Shown: piece by piece, positions 8,715 to 20,000 of the stretch
How the letters are laid out: each line of letters starts with the position of its first letter
How positions within the stretch are numbered: the first letter of the stretch is position 1
Virus record (IMG/VR): IMGVR_UViG_3300001848_000317
Source: a virus
Strand: one strand, 5' to 3'
DNA length: 64,000 nucleotides
Translations under genes and position numbers: made by a program
The notes under the pieces: model-generated
The model's database searches: none
What the model was told of the DNA's origin: nothing
The model's input: the letters and a program-made list of their open reading frames with translations, nothing else

Positions 8715-9731
8715 ATGAGTATGAACCTCGTTCCGGGTCAGTCCGATTGGGGCGACCTCGCGGCAGCGTTGACGTATACCACCGAACCCGGTGGTATGCG
8801 GGTCGATGACCTTTTTCAACGTGAGATCCTCGACATCCAGCGCCGTCGTGGTATGTTCGGTCAGCGTCTGACCAACCTGCCGGCGACCGGCCAACCCAGC
8901 CGTTACATCCAGCAGACTGCCCTCCCCGGCGCTCAGGAGTTCGTCAACCCGAACAGCCTGATCCCGGCTGCGACCGGTACGCCCAACCGTACTGAAAAGG
9001 CGCTGTACCTGAAGGCCCTCGTTGGCCAGATGGACAACAGCCTCTTCAACACGGAGGTTACCAACCAGCAGGGCATGTTCACCCCGCTGCAAGCCAAGGA
9101 CTTCAACGACGCTATCGATGCGCTGCTGAAGAAGCACGACAAGGCTCTGTGGCAGGGTACTGCTACTGCTCCTACCGACTCGGCTACCCTTGAGTATGCC
9201 GGTTTCTTCAAACAGCTCACCGCTGCTACCAACCCGTTCACGGTGAACGTGGCCGCAGGTGTGTCCATCGTCGAGAAGTTCAACCTGATCGTGGCTCAGA
9301 TCATGAGCCAGGAGAATGTTGACGTTGTGCCGACCGCCGCTTACTGCCACCCGATGGCCATCGAGGCCCTCCAGCGCGAAGTCAGCGGCAAGGCCAGCTT
9401 CTTCAATCAGGTCGAGATCACGCCGGGTTACCGGGTGAACGCCATCGCCACCATGGCCGGCGACATCCCCCTGATCGCTGATCCGCTGATTGGCAAGACC
9501 GACATCGATGGCAATGGCGTGACGGACTCGTACCCGATCGCTATCGTCACCGAGTCGCTGCTGGAGTACCACTACCTCACCGACAGCAATGTCCGTATCT
9601 TCGAACTCGGCTTGGCCCCCGGCCTTGCCCGTCGTCGGGTTATGGTCAAGTTCGGTGGCTTCCTGGTCAAGGCTCCCGATCAGGCCCACGGCTTGCTCCG
9701 GGTTGCTGACAACTGGACTCCTCCGGTGTAA
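8715..9731 (+). CDS. major capsid protein (HK97-fold expected)
   Basis: 338 aa, strong SD (AAGGAG), position after the protease/scaffold, and a strong hairpin terminator downstream. Confidence 0.7.
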   Translation: MSMNLVPGQSDWGDLAAALTYTTEPGGMRVDDLFQREILDIQRRRGMFGQRLTNLPATGQPSRYIQQTALPGAQEFVNPNSLIPAATGTPNRTEKALYLKALVGQMDNSLFNTEVTNQQGMFTPLQAKDFNDAIDALLKKHDKALWQGTATAPTDSATLEYAGFFKQLTAATNPFTVNVAAGVSIVEKFNLIVAQIMSQENVDVVPTAAYCHPMAIEALQREVSGKASFFNQVEITPGYRVNAIATMAGDIPLIADPLIGKTDIDGNGVTDSYPIAIVTESLLEYHYLTDSNVRIFELGLAPGLARRRVMVKFGGFLVKAPDQAHGLLRVADNWTPPV

Positions 9732-9755
9732 ACCGACAACACCATCCGACATGAC

Positions 9756-9787
9756 CGGCCCCCAGGCGATGAGCCGGGGGCCGTTCT
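9756..9787 (+). terminator. Hairpin terminator after the capsid gene
   Basis: cggccccc (9756-9763) pairs with gggggccg (9776-9783), with inner ggc/gcc pairing, followed by ttct. Confidence 0.6.
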
Positions 9788-9804
9788 AACACAGGAGATT
9801 TGAC

Positions 9805-10227
9805 ATGATCATCTATCACCGCAACCCCGAAGTACACGGATCGAACACTCGAGAGACGATGTCCGTGGCAATCCCTTCGGGTGACGGTACACGAGCCCAA
9901 GTCGACGTCGTCTTTTACGCTGGAAAGGCGGAAGTCGATGAAGGTGTGGGAGCATATCTTGTTGATCATATGGGCTGGGCTACTCGCAGCCTTGGTGAGG
10001 ATGGTGACGGGACACTGAAGCAGCAGTCCGAAGTCGACACCATGATCGATAAGGCTTTCGAGCTGGGCATCCTGACTAAGCGTGGTCGTAGTGCTATCGT
10101 TATGGGTACGACCGACATTGCCCGTAGCCGTTCCGAACTGGCCGACAAGATCCAGGCCGACGACCCGATCCGCAAGACGCTGGCCGATGCTTTGGCGAAA
10201 GCCGAACCGTCCAAGGAAGAGGAATAG
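9805..10227 (+). CDS. hypothetical head-associated protein (140 aa)
   Basis: ORF with SD AGGAG. It lies between the capsid and connector genes. Confidence 0.55.
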   Translation: MIIYHRNPEVHGSNTRETMSVAIPSGDGTRAQVDVVFYAGKAEVDEGVGAYLVDHMGWATRSLGEDGDGTLKQQSEVDTMIDKAFELGILTKRGRSAIVMGTTDIARSRSELADKIQADDPIRKTLADALAKAEPSKEEE

Positions 10228-10230
10228 TCG

Positions 10231-10905
10231 ATGGCAGTCGGTGATCCTTACCTCGCCGTCGAGGAGTATGAACAGTACGGGCTGGACCCGGAGACTGATC
10301 CGCTCCTCGTTCAGCAGGCGTGTTATCTGGTCGATGCCTGGACCAACCACACCGAGAGTGCCGACAAGGCTACGACCGGTGTGGTTAACGGGCTATGGTC
10401 CGGTGATTACAAAGAGGTTCGCCGTCTGCCAGCAGACCGTTCCGTCATGCGGATGGTCTATCGTCCGGTCACTGACATCGTCACTGTCCGTGGCCGCATC
10501 AAACCCAACCGTCGTTCGGATGAGAACCGTCTGAACGATGCCCTGTTATTGCTGGGTCTGCCCCAGTACACTAGGCCCGCACCGTGGGTTAGCATCGATC
10601 CCAACGACTGCATGTGGGAATCCACCGGTCGTATCGAGTTCCCGCCGCACATGATCTACGCCACCAACTTCCAAGAGGTCGAGGTGGTTTACACCGCCGG
10701 CTACGAGATTATCCCCGGCCACGTCAAACAAGCTGTCGCTCTCCTTGTGAAAGAACTGCCGCAGTCTCTGTGGTCAGGGTCAACCGCCCGTGTTCGCTCC
10801 ATGCAAGAGGGCGATACCCGTATGGACTTCTTCGGTTCCGGCGGCTACATGACCAAGGACATCGAGAACCTGCTGCGCGACGAGCGCGTGAGGGCTATGG
10901 TGTGA
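10231..10905 (+). CDS. putative head-tail connector/adaptor
   Basis: Called by position. The N-terminus (PYLAVEEYEQYGLDPETDPLLVQQACYLVDAW) resembles gp6-like connector N-termini. Confidence 0.4.
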   Translation: MAVGDPYLAVEEYEQYGLDPETDPLLVQQACYLVDAWTNHTESADKATTGVVNGLWSGDYKEVRRLPADRSVMRMVYRPVTDIVTVRGRIKPNRRSDENRLNDALLLLGLPQYTRPAPWVSIDPNDCMWESTGRIEFPPHMIYATNFQEVEVVYTAGYEIIPGHVKQAVALLVKELPQSLWSGSTARVRSMQEGDTRMDFFGSGGYMTKDIENLLRDERVRAMV

Positions 10906-11288
10906 TCTTCTTTCCGAACGCCACCGTGGAAATCCAGCAGATGGAGGTCTACCATTCCGCGGTTGAAAGCCCAACCGGCGAAGATATGACCGCACTGGAT
11001 ACGGCGGAAGGCATCTGCCGCGTACCGGCAGACATCCAACCGTATTCAATCAGTACCGACGGTGGTGTGCTACAGAACTATCCTGAGATGAAGGAAGGTC
11101 TGTACTACAAGGTCATCATCCCCATGACCTGTGACACGATCACCGTCAAACCGCGCGATCAGATCAAAGTGATCGCCGCCGCCGGTTACCCTGAACTGGT
11201 GGGCGAGATCCTCGGTATCGAGAAGAAGGCTGGCCGTGCGTTGACCCGTCATATCACGTTGGTGGTGCGTCATGGCCACCGCTTCTAA
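10902..11288 (+). CDS. putative head-closure/neck protein (128 aa)
   Basis: ORF track 10614..11288 trimmed to the GTG at 10902, which overlaps the upstream stop (GTGA). Assigned by position only. Confidence 0.45.
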   Translation: MIFFPNATVEIQQMEVYHSAVESPTGEDMTALDTAEGICRVPADIQPYSISTDGGVLQNYPEMKEGLYYKVIIPMTCDTITVKPRDQIKVIAAAGYPELVGEILGIEKKAGRALTRHITLVVRHGHRF

Positions 11289-11820
11289 GTCCAATCAGTA
11301 CGTTCGCACATCCGCCGGCAACATCAATGCAACCATTGAAATACCGCAGGCTGCTATAGACGCGATCCGTAAACAGGCAATCGCCAAGGCACGGAAACAA
11401 CTGAAAGCCGTCCGTGCTGAAGTTGTCACCTTTATTGATAATTATGTTTTGGGCGAGAACCACCGAGGTCACACCCTCAAGGACTTTGAAAAAATGGGTC
11501 ATCCGTTCGGCTACAGGAACGCGCAGAACATCGATGAACCCTGGTATCAGGTGCATCATCAAGAGAGCTTCTATCCTTTATTCTCTGAAAAGGGTGGAAT
11601 CAGCAAATCTTACAAGCTGTTCAAGCAGGGCGTGTCTGAGAGCAAGGGTTACCTGAAGGTTTGGGTTAGTATTAACCCTGATTTCCACACTATCTCGACC
11701 AAGAGCGGTGAACTTCCGTTAGCAGGCATGATCCACCACGGCACATCCAAGATGCGACCCCGACCGTTCCTTACCCTCGGCACCGTTGAGTATCTCCGAT
11801 CCAAGTCGATGCTGAGGTAA
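11272..11820 (+). CDS. HK97 gp10-like neck/tail component
   Basis: HHGTSKMRPRPFLTLG matches the conserved G-T-x-x-x-P-x-R-P-F motif of the HK97 gp10 family. Confidence 0.6.
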   Translation: MATASKSNQYVRTSAGNINATIEIPQAAIDAIRKQAIAKARKQLKAVRAEVVTFIDNYVLGENHRGHTLKDFEKMGHPFGYRNAQNIDEPWYQVHHQESFYPLFSEKGGISKSYKLFKQGVSESKGYLKVWVSINPDFHTISTKSGELPLAGMIHHGTSKMRPRPFLTLGTVEYLRSKSMLR

Positions 11821-11823
11821 GCC

Positions 11824-12246
11824 ATGACAGATGACGTCGTCGCCCTGGTCAAAGAGAAGCTGGAAGCTGATGCGGTTCTGTCCACCCTTGGCCCAAAGAA
11901 CGGGCCTATCCGGGTGATTATCGCCGGTGCCCGCTTGGCCAAGAACCCTGCCCGACCGTACATCGTTGTCGACATGATCGGCGGTGAAGAGTACGCCTCG
12001 ATGGGTAAGTTCGGGCTGGAACTGACCATCCATGCCGACGACTCCGCAACCCGCTGGCGAATCCAGAAGCGTGTCCATCACACCCTGCATGAGAAGCGTC
12101 TTGCCAAACCGGGTATGAATATCCTTAGAATGTGTCAGGTGAATGCCACCGACAACTTGCCAGATCGTCAATCCGGTATGGTAAAGTTAGGGGTGTTGTA
12201 CAAAGCGTCTGCTGTCCTTACAGACAAACTGTACGACGTCACTTGA
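11824..12246 (+). CDS. putative tail terminator/completion protein (DUF3168-like)
   Basis: Called by position before the major tail gene, its size (140 aa), and the N-terminal VVALVKEKLEADAVLSTL pattern. Confidence 0.45.
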   Translation: MTDDVVALVKEKLEADAVLSTLGPKNGPIRVIIAGARLAKNPARPYIVVDMIGGEEYASMGKFGLELTIHADDSATRWRIQKRVHHTLHEKRLAKPGMNILRMCQVNATDNLPDRQSGMVKLGVLYKASAVLTDKLYDVT

Positions 12247-12301
12247 AGGGACCGATACTCCAGCTCCGATGCGCGTGTTATCAGAGTAGAGAGGGTTCCT
12301 C

Positions 12302-13162
12302 ATGCCCGTCCCCACCCCAACCAAGATCACGGCGGACTCTTCGCAGTCTCCGTTGTCGGCCTACAACATCAAGGTAGGCGTTCCCCAGCTTCATGTCACC
12401 CCGTTCGGTTCCAATGCACATTGGAACGAGGTCGAGGGTTGGCTGCCCCTCGGTCTGGTCGAGCCCGGCACTGTCAAGTTTGACTTCACGAAAGAGAAGT
12501 ACGACGTCATGGCCGGTTCGCCGCAGACCGTTAAGGCGCGGTTCATCGTCGGTCACGCCGGTAAGGTTGATCTCAGCCTGTTTGAGATTGACCCCCGTGC
12601 CCGTGAGTTGGCCTTGGGTCACAACATCGGTTCGACCGACAGCATCAAGACCGGTACCAGCGGCCAGCTCGTTGCTGGTACGCCGACCGCCACGTCGTTC
12701 GACTTTGACGTCGCCCCCGGTACGGCTCCCGCTCCTGGCGACCGTATCAAGCTGACCGTCACGGATTCCCAGCTCGGTGGCACCCGTGCCATCTATGGCC
12801 GGGTCCAGTCGTTCAGTGGTGTGACCGTCACCTTGACCGACCCGCTGGAGCTGGTCCCGACCGTTGGCGACACCATCGACGGCGTTGTCGAGTACCACGC
12901 TCACCAGATCGGTGGTAACTACTTCAAGAACTATCGGGCGCGTCTCGTCATGAGCGCCACCGATGACAGCTTGTCCGTGGTTGAACTGCTGAAGGTGAAC
13001 GTCACCACCGGTTTCGCACCGGACTTCAAGGATGGCAAACAAGCTGCTATCCTGCCCATGTCCATGGAGTGCATCGGTCTGACCCAGACCGTGGGTACGC
13101 CCGCTCGTAAGCAGGTCGTTCTGGCCCGCTACTACGAGATGCCTACCATGTTCCTCAGCTAA
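12302..13162 (+). CDS. major tail protein
   Basis: 286 aa, located immediately 5' of the chaperone/TMP genes and followed by a terminator. Confidence 0.6.
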   Translation: MPVPTPTKITADSSQSPLSAYNIKVGVPQLHVTPFGSNAHWNEVEGWLPLGLVEPGTVKFDFTKEKYDVMAGSPQTVKARFIVGHAGKVDLSLFEIDPRARELALGHNIGSTDSIKTGTSGQLVAGTPTATSFDFDVAPGTAPAPGDRIKLTVTDSQLGGTRAIYGRVQSFSGVTVTLTDPLELVPTVGDTIDGVVEYHAHQIGGNYFKNYRARLVMSATDDSLSVVELLKVNVTTGFAPDFKDGKQAAILPMSMECIGLTQTVGTPARKQVVLARYYEMPTMFLS

Positions 13163-13178
13163 TACGGTTAGCTTCCGA

Positions 13179-13216
13179 CAGGCTCAGCCTCCTTACGGGG
13201 GCTGGGCCTGTTTTCG
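13179..13216 (+). terminator. Rho-independent terminator after the major tail gene
   Basis: caggctcagcc ... ggctgggcctg forms an 11-bp stem with 1 wobble, followed by TTTT (13211-13214). Confidence 0.7.
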
Positions 13217-13247
13217 GTAACGCAGACATTACAAAGGAGACACCCAC

Positions 13248-13847
13248 ATGCCCGTTGTTTTCAAAGGCCAGGAAATCGAACTGCCGGAACTAACCGTCCT
13301 CGATGGGATGCGTCTGGCCAAGGTTGTCCGTGAGGCCGTCCGTCATATCCCCATCGACGTCGAAGAGATCAAGTCGATGAAGCTGAGCCTTGCCGATATG
13401 TTCAGCCTGTCGCTGAAGATCATCGATGCCGCCTTCGACGACTATGATCTGGATAACGACCGGCTCGGTAAGTTCGCTGACTTGCTGTTCACCGAGCTTT
13501 CCCGGTTGACCAAGCTACCGAAGGACGAGATCCTCGCCGCCGGCCAAAACGACTTCGTCAACCTGATCACTGCCATCTGGCAGAAGGAGGCCGAAGGCCC
13601 TTTTGTCCAGAAGGTCTGGAGTACGATCCGACCGGTGATTATCCCGTTATACATGCTTTTCGGGATGCTGAAAGCACAGACGAGCAACCTCCTACTTTCG
13701 CGTGGTGGTCTGATGAATGGTGGCGAGTATTTGTCATCTTCCCTCTTGTCCAATCTAGCAACGGATGGCGAGAGCGAGACATCCTCGACCTCAGTCTCCG
13801 ATCAGCCTTTGGCTACAAACGAGCCGGTGCTTTCTGGAGTGAGCTGA
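13248..13847 (+). CDS. tail assembly chaperone (gpG-like, zero-frame product)
   Basis: It lies between the major tail gene and the TMP, with SD AAAGGAG. Confidence 0.6.
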   Translation: MPVVFKGQEIELPELTVLDGMRLAKVVREAVRHIPIDVEEIKSMKLSLADMFSLSLKIIDAAFDDYDLDNDRLGKFADLLFTELSRLTKLPKDEILAAGQNDFVNLITAIWQKEAEGPFVQKVWSTIRPVIIPLYMLFGMLKAQTSNLLLSRGGLMNGGEYLSSSLLSNLATDGESETSSTSVSDQPLATNEPVLSGVS

Positions 13848-14011
13848 AAGCCGCGATGCAATGGAAGTCTTTCGAAGATCGTAAGTCCGACACACCCAAC
13901 CGGAATGGACCGACGCACCGGCAACGGACGAAGGTACACAAGGAAGAACTCGGTACAACTCAGGGGCACAAGGAGTTCCTGATGCGTGCCGGTCTGGACA
14001 TCTTTAGCTAG
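13248..14011 (+). CDS. tail assembly chaperone, candidate -1 frameshift product (gpGT-like, ~254 aa)
   Basis: The -1 frame is open from 13448 to the TAG at 14009-14011, just before the TMP GTG at 14021. The only in-register X_XXY_YYZ heptamer from 13598 to the zero-frame stop is C_CCT_TTT at 13598-13604. Confidence 0.4.
13598..13604 (+). promoter_or_regulatory. Candidate -1 ribosomal slippery heptamer CCCTTTT
   Basis: The zero-frame codons are CCT (13599-13601) and TTT (13602-13604). A small hairpin ccaga/tctgg at 13607-13619 starts 3 nt downstream. Confidence 0.4.
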
Positions 14012-14020
14012 GAGTAGACC

Positions 14021-17000
14021 GTGTCTGAAGAAGCGGGCGGCAATCAGTTAGAGGACATCAGGGTTAGTTTCACCGCTGACCTGACCAAGCTCGACAGCGA
14101 GATCGCTAAGTTTGCGAACGATCTGTCAGCCAAGCTGAAGCCAATCACCAAAGAAGTCAGTGACGCCATTATGGGTCCGCTGGGTGAAATGCTGCCCGCG
14201 CTAAAGAGAATCATCGATGGTCTGGACGGCGCTAAGAAAGACATAGTAACCGTCGGCGGTAACCTTGGCACCGCCCTCGGAGCATCCGTGACCGGCAGTC
14301 TCAGCAAAGCAACGAGTGCCGCTGAGAAGGAACTGAAGAGTCATGCCGCCAAGGTTGGTGCCATCCTCAACGAGATCGAACAGAAACGAGTCATCAGCGA
14401 GAACACATACCGTGGTTCGGGTAAAGTAACCGCCGAAGCTGAACTGAAAGCACTCAAGGAAAAGAAGAAGGCATTAGACGAAGTCTACGCCGCGCAAGAA
14501 ACAATCGGCCAGAACCTAAGTGCGCCAGGGAACAAGAGCAAGTATTGGCTCGACGATACCGCCGCAATGTCTAAGTGGGCTAAAGAAGCCAACAAAACTG
14601 CTGACGATATTGTCAAGCTGGAGCGTGAACTTCAGAAGCTGAACCAAGCACAAACCGGCGACGTGTCTGCTGAGATCACGAAGATTGCAGCGGCGTCCCG
14701 TAAAGCCGTCAAGGATGTCAGGGATGTCCATGAACGTGAAGTCAAGTACTACGAGACGTACCAGCGCCGGCTGAAAAGTCGCGAAAACAAACCCGGCATG
14801 GAGCAGGGCATCACGGCAGAGCTGTCGTTTGTCGACCAGAAGCTGACCGCCGCCCGTGCCAAATGGGAGAAGTCCATCAGCGCCGGCATCGTCAGTGCCG
14901 TGAGCAAAGCGTTTGCCGAAGGTCTTGCGGCTGATCCGTCAGCTACTGGCAGGGCCGCCGCCGCCCGCAACGCCCTGACGCTCATGAACACGATGATCAA
15001 GGAGATGCCCAAGGGTATCTCACCGACTACGACCATCAAGTACCGTGCCGAGCTGGAAACGACCGCGCTCAAAGCAGACGTCGACAATGTTGTTAAAACC
15101 ATCAACCGGCTGAAGGCTGGCAAGGTTCTGGACGAATCAGCCCTTAACGCTGCTGAGTCCGAACTGACAGGGATGTCTAGCCTGTTCAACAAGATGGGTG
15201 ACGACATTCGTAAGGATGCTTCTGCTGCGAAGGCATTGGCTGATGCGCTCGCGCTTGTAGCCAAGGAGAGGGCCAGCATCGCTGCGGTGGCAGAAAGTTC
15301 AGCGGCGAAAGAGCAGGCGCAAGAGTCCCGCCGACTGATTGCCGACCGTAACAAAGCTAACGATCTTGAGATCAATTATCTCCGCAACCGTACCAAACAG
15401 GAAGAGGCTGATCAACGTAAACTGAATGCTCAAACGGTTTCTGACCGTAACAAGATGAACGAGCTTGAGGTGCGCTACCTCAACAAGCAGTCCCAGACTC
15501 GCAAGACAGAAGAGGACAAGGAGCAGGCGAGAAGGATCTCTGACCGTAACAAAGCCAACGACCTTGAAGTCAGGTACCTGAACAAGCGCGCGAATGACGA
15601 AAAGGCTGAGGCTACCCGGCAAGAAAAGCAGGCCATAACTGACCGCAACGCCATGAACAACATGGAGGTGCGGTATCTCAACAAGCAGATGCAGATCCGC
15701 AAGTCGGAAGAGGCAAAGGCGGCTAAAGAATCTGAAGCCGCGACGATCCGCAATTTCCAGAAGCAGGTTGACAGCATCACCGAACCGGTTACGTCAAAGT
15801 CTTTCAAACAGTTCACTGACGTAGCACAGGTCGAATCCCTGCAAGCCGCAGTCGACCAGCTTGTGGCTATGCGCGAAGGCGTCGCACAGAGTACCAAGCA
15901 GTTCGAAATCCTCGACAAAGCAATCAACAAGACGGTCGAGGATCTCATTGTTGCTACAAACAAAATGGACAACCTCGAAGCAAAGGAACGCGGGGTTGTA
16001 CAGGCGGCCCTCGGCAAGATGGAAGCCAGGGGCGCTGCACCTATCGATGTCATGTTGCGCGATGTTGACCGTGACATCAAAACCGCCGACGTCAACCGGC
16101 AGATCAAAGACGCAAACAAGGCCAAGGTTGAAGCAGAACAGCGGGATAAGCAAGTCGCTGCTGCGAACCTTCAATCGTTGTTTGACAAGTCCAACAACGA
16201 AACGGCAATGGATAGCCGGCTCAAGAGCGTCGCTGGCCTTGCCAATATCGCCACGCGCATCATGGATTTCCGCACGATGCAGGAAGGTGTGGCGCGTGGC
16301 TCGGATGTCTGGGTCAAGATCCAGCAGCATATTGTCAAGCTAGAGAAAGAGTTCGACAACCTCGGCAACAGCATTCACGACAACGAACGGGCATTTGCAT
16401 TCTTCGAGAAGTTCAACCAGCTTGAAGGTGAGTTCAAGAACATCATCAACAAGCCGATGGAGTCAACCGAACGCCGTGCCCAACTGGAAGCACTGGCTAA
16501 CCGTGTCGATGTACTGAAGGACAGCCTGAAAGGCGCCGTCACCGAAGTCAAGACGCTCGACAAGTTCCTCAATCAGATCGGTGCTCAGCATGCTGGGACT
16601 TACCGTGAGTCTGACCGTGAGACGAAGCAGGAGCAGATCCGCCAGGACCGTATTCAACGCAAGAAGGAAGAGGCTGCTGCTCGTGACCGCAAGGGTGTAT
16701 TCAACCAGCGGCTTGAGAGTTCGACCATCAACAAGACAGAGTTTGACGGCGCTGACCTTAACCGGCGTAAGTCGATACTCCTGTCGTCCGAAAGCGTACT
16801 CGTCAACCTGCTCAAGGAGTTCGGTGACGTCCCTGAGTTCGCACTGAAAGCACGCACCCGGCTCAAGGACATCAAGGCCAAGCTGAACAAAGTCAACGAC
16901 GAGATCACGCTAGAGGAGGCTAAGTTAGCTGGCGAGCGTGCATTCAAACAGCAGATCAGCGGCGGCGAACTCAACCTGAACGCTGAGTTCAACCGTGGGT

Positions 17001-20000
17001 TCAACACCAAAGACTCGTTCACCACCGCTGGCATTCGTGAGAAATTATCGAAAGCCCAAGAAGCCCACTCGGCAGACACCGACAATGCCAAACTACAACA
17101 AGAGGTTGAGCGCCTACAGCGGCTGTTGTTCAAATCTCGGGTAGAGGACATTGAAGGCCGGTATAAAGTCGAGCGAGCCAAGCTGGCTCCTGGTCAGGTT
17201 GACGAAAAGAACAAACTCAAAGACGAAGCCGTCGCGGCATTGACCACTCTTCGCCGCGAGTTCAAAGGCACCGAAGAGGACGCCATTGCGTTCGGCAAGA
17301 AGATATACAAAGTCATGGCGCAGATCGCCCACGACACCAGCCGTGAGATCGGTAAAGTAGGTAACGAGTTCCTCGACCTGAACGGTATCCTTAAGCGTTT
17401 TCATGACGCCATACTGGCCGCTGGGAACGACCAGACGAAACAGCTCGAAGCCTACAAGGCGTTCCGCGGCGAGCTTGAAGTGCTACGCAACTCCTTGTCA
17501 GGAAACGCTGAAGCCCAACAGAAGTTGATCAACCTGATGATCGGCGCTGCTAAAGCTGTTGGTGGCTTGACCGAGACGTCCATGAAGCAACATATAGGTA
17601 TGCTTCAGCAGCAGTACCAACTGGATCTGCAAGAAGCACGCTCTGTCGCTGACAAGCGCAAGGTGTACGAGGATTTCATCAAGACTCTGGACGCTATTGC
17701 CCCTGCCTATGCTGGTGCGGTACACGGCGCTCAGGAGTTCATCAACAAAGAAAAAGCCGGTGCTGAACGGTTGATGAACTCTCAGTTCCGCGCCAGTCGC
17801 GGCGACCTCATGAACGCCGTCATGAACGTCGGCATGATGACCGGTGGTGCCGGTGCGGTGTTCAAGGAGTCAACCGACAAATACGCCGAGTTCTCTCAGT
17901 CGATGGCTAACGTCAACTCCATCATGAAGGTCAGCAAAGAAGAGATCGCCGGCCTGTCAAACAGCGTGCTGTCACTGTCGAACGACCCTCATATTGCCAA
18001 GGGTCCAACCGACCTTGCTAAAGGTCTGTACGACGTAGCGTCTGCCGGTTTCGAAGGCGACAAGGCTATGGAGATTCTGACAGCCGCATCTAAAGGAGCA
18101 ACCGCCGGCCTAACCGACACGCACACAGCCGCTAACATCTTGTCATCAACCATGCGCGCGTTCGACTACGAAGGTATGAACGCCGGCCAACAGATGGACA
18201 TCCTTTTCAAGACGGTCGACAAAGGCATCCTGACGTTCGAGCAGTTGACCCAGCACATGGGTCCGGTGATCCAATCTGCGTCGATGCTGAAGGTGCCGAT
18301 GCAAGAAGTCGGTGCAGCGATCTCCGTACTGACCCGCCGCGGCCTTCAACCGGCGGAAGCCTTCACTGCTCTGAATAACGTCCTGCTGGGGCTGAACAGC
18401 CCAACCAAAGAAGTCACCGAAGAAGCCCGCAAGATGGGCATCCAATGGTTGGAAGCCGAGAAAGCTGCCGTCCATATTAAAGACGTCGGTCTGGTCGAGA
18501 CGCTTAGAGAAATCTCGGAAGCAACCGGTGGCAGTGCTGAAAAACTGCAACTGCTGCTGCCGTCCATGCGTGAGATCCGTGGTGCTGCTGCCCTGCTTGC
18601 CGACGGTGGCTTTGACTTAATCAAGATGAATCACGACTTTGCTGATTCGTTGGGGTCAACTGACGCTGCTCTTGAGAAACAGTCTGAAGGTTTCAAACAC
18701 CACATCGAGAAGATGCAGGCCGCCTGGGAGCGGTTCATGATCTCGATTGGTCAGAACAACATGATCCTCAGCCTCACGGATTCCGTCACCGGCCTGATCA
18801 ACATGCTCAACAATTTCCCTGATTGGATCAAGGGCGGCGTGGGCCTGACCGCAGGTATCGGCGCTCTCGGTGGCTTGGCCACAACCGTTGGTCTTGTCAT
18901 GCATGCCCTCGCCCCTATGATCGAACTGTTGAAGAAGGAGTCAGGGGTAGCCGGCGCTCTCGGTCGTTTCGGTACGCTGGTGGCATCACTGAGCGTGCCC
19001 CTCGCAGCCCTAGCCGGTGCATTAGGCATCATCGGAGAAGGTTTTGCCATTTACAACAGCGAGATCGAGCGCGCGGACAAGCTGAGCAAGGATTGGATCG
19101 AGGATCAGAAGAAGGCCACCGAAGAAGCGCGCCGCATGGTTACGGCGCTCGAGCAGAAAATCAAATCGTTTGAAAAGCTGCGCGACATGCTCAAGGAGTA
19201 CAGCAAAGCAGCAGATGGTAGTGCGGAGAAAACCAAGCTGATGGAGAGCATCATGGGTCGGTTGAGCGTGATCGCTCCCGACTTGTGGTTACAGATCCGA
19301 CAGGGTTCTCTTGCTTTTGACGACCTCGCCAAGCCGGGTGGTGGCCTTGACCGCGCGATTGACAAGCTCAAAGAGTATTTGCGCGTCAACAGAGAAGCCG
19401 CAGCGAGCAAGTTCAACGATAATGGCACCATTCAAAACTCAAATGAGGCTATCAAAGCTGCTAGGGATAACGTAGGAAAGTACGACAAAGCCGTAGCTTT
19501 GCTCAAGACTTTACAACTAGGTGACTACAGCACGAAACGTGTATACGCTGCTGGTGGAGTAGGCGGATTAGGTGGTGGTTACAGAATAGACTCTGTGGAC
19601 GGTAGGCAACTGACGCAAGAGCAATGGAGTCAGATACAAGACCCTGCTATTAGAAAACATTTGCAAAGTCTTGGTGTTGTGTTTAGAGATGACACAATGA
19701 CCGTCAGGCAGCTAGGCAAGAACCAAACAGACATTGACATACGGGTACAGAGCGGAAGGTCAGCTCTTACTCAAAGCCTTGCCATGGCTGAGATGGATAA
19801 AATAAAAGCCACAGCGGCCGATTTTGCCACGCAACATAGAGACGACCCTGCTCGTGTGCGTCAGTATTACATTGATAATAAAATACCTCAATTCATGCCT
19901 GAGTTTGCTAAGATCAGTGACCCTAAGGGGACAATATCTCAGCAAAGAATAGACTTGGCTCACCTGTTCAAAGGAACCATCACACGGGCGATGGCTCAAG

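Noticed and set aside
8670-9752. A 360-aa minus-strand ORF antisense to the major capsid gene. Similar long antisense ORFs occur at 12281..13042, 2077..2688, 42519..43409, 45533..46231, 47232..47978, 48408..49238, 52136..52888 and 62472..63602.
   Set aside because: Each is fully contained within a motif-supported gene on the other strand. Their compositions are Arg/Gly/Val/Asp-rich, typical of antisense frames in GC-rich DNA, and they lack SDs.
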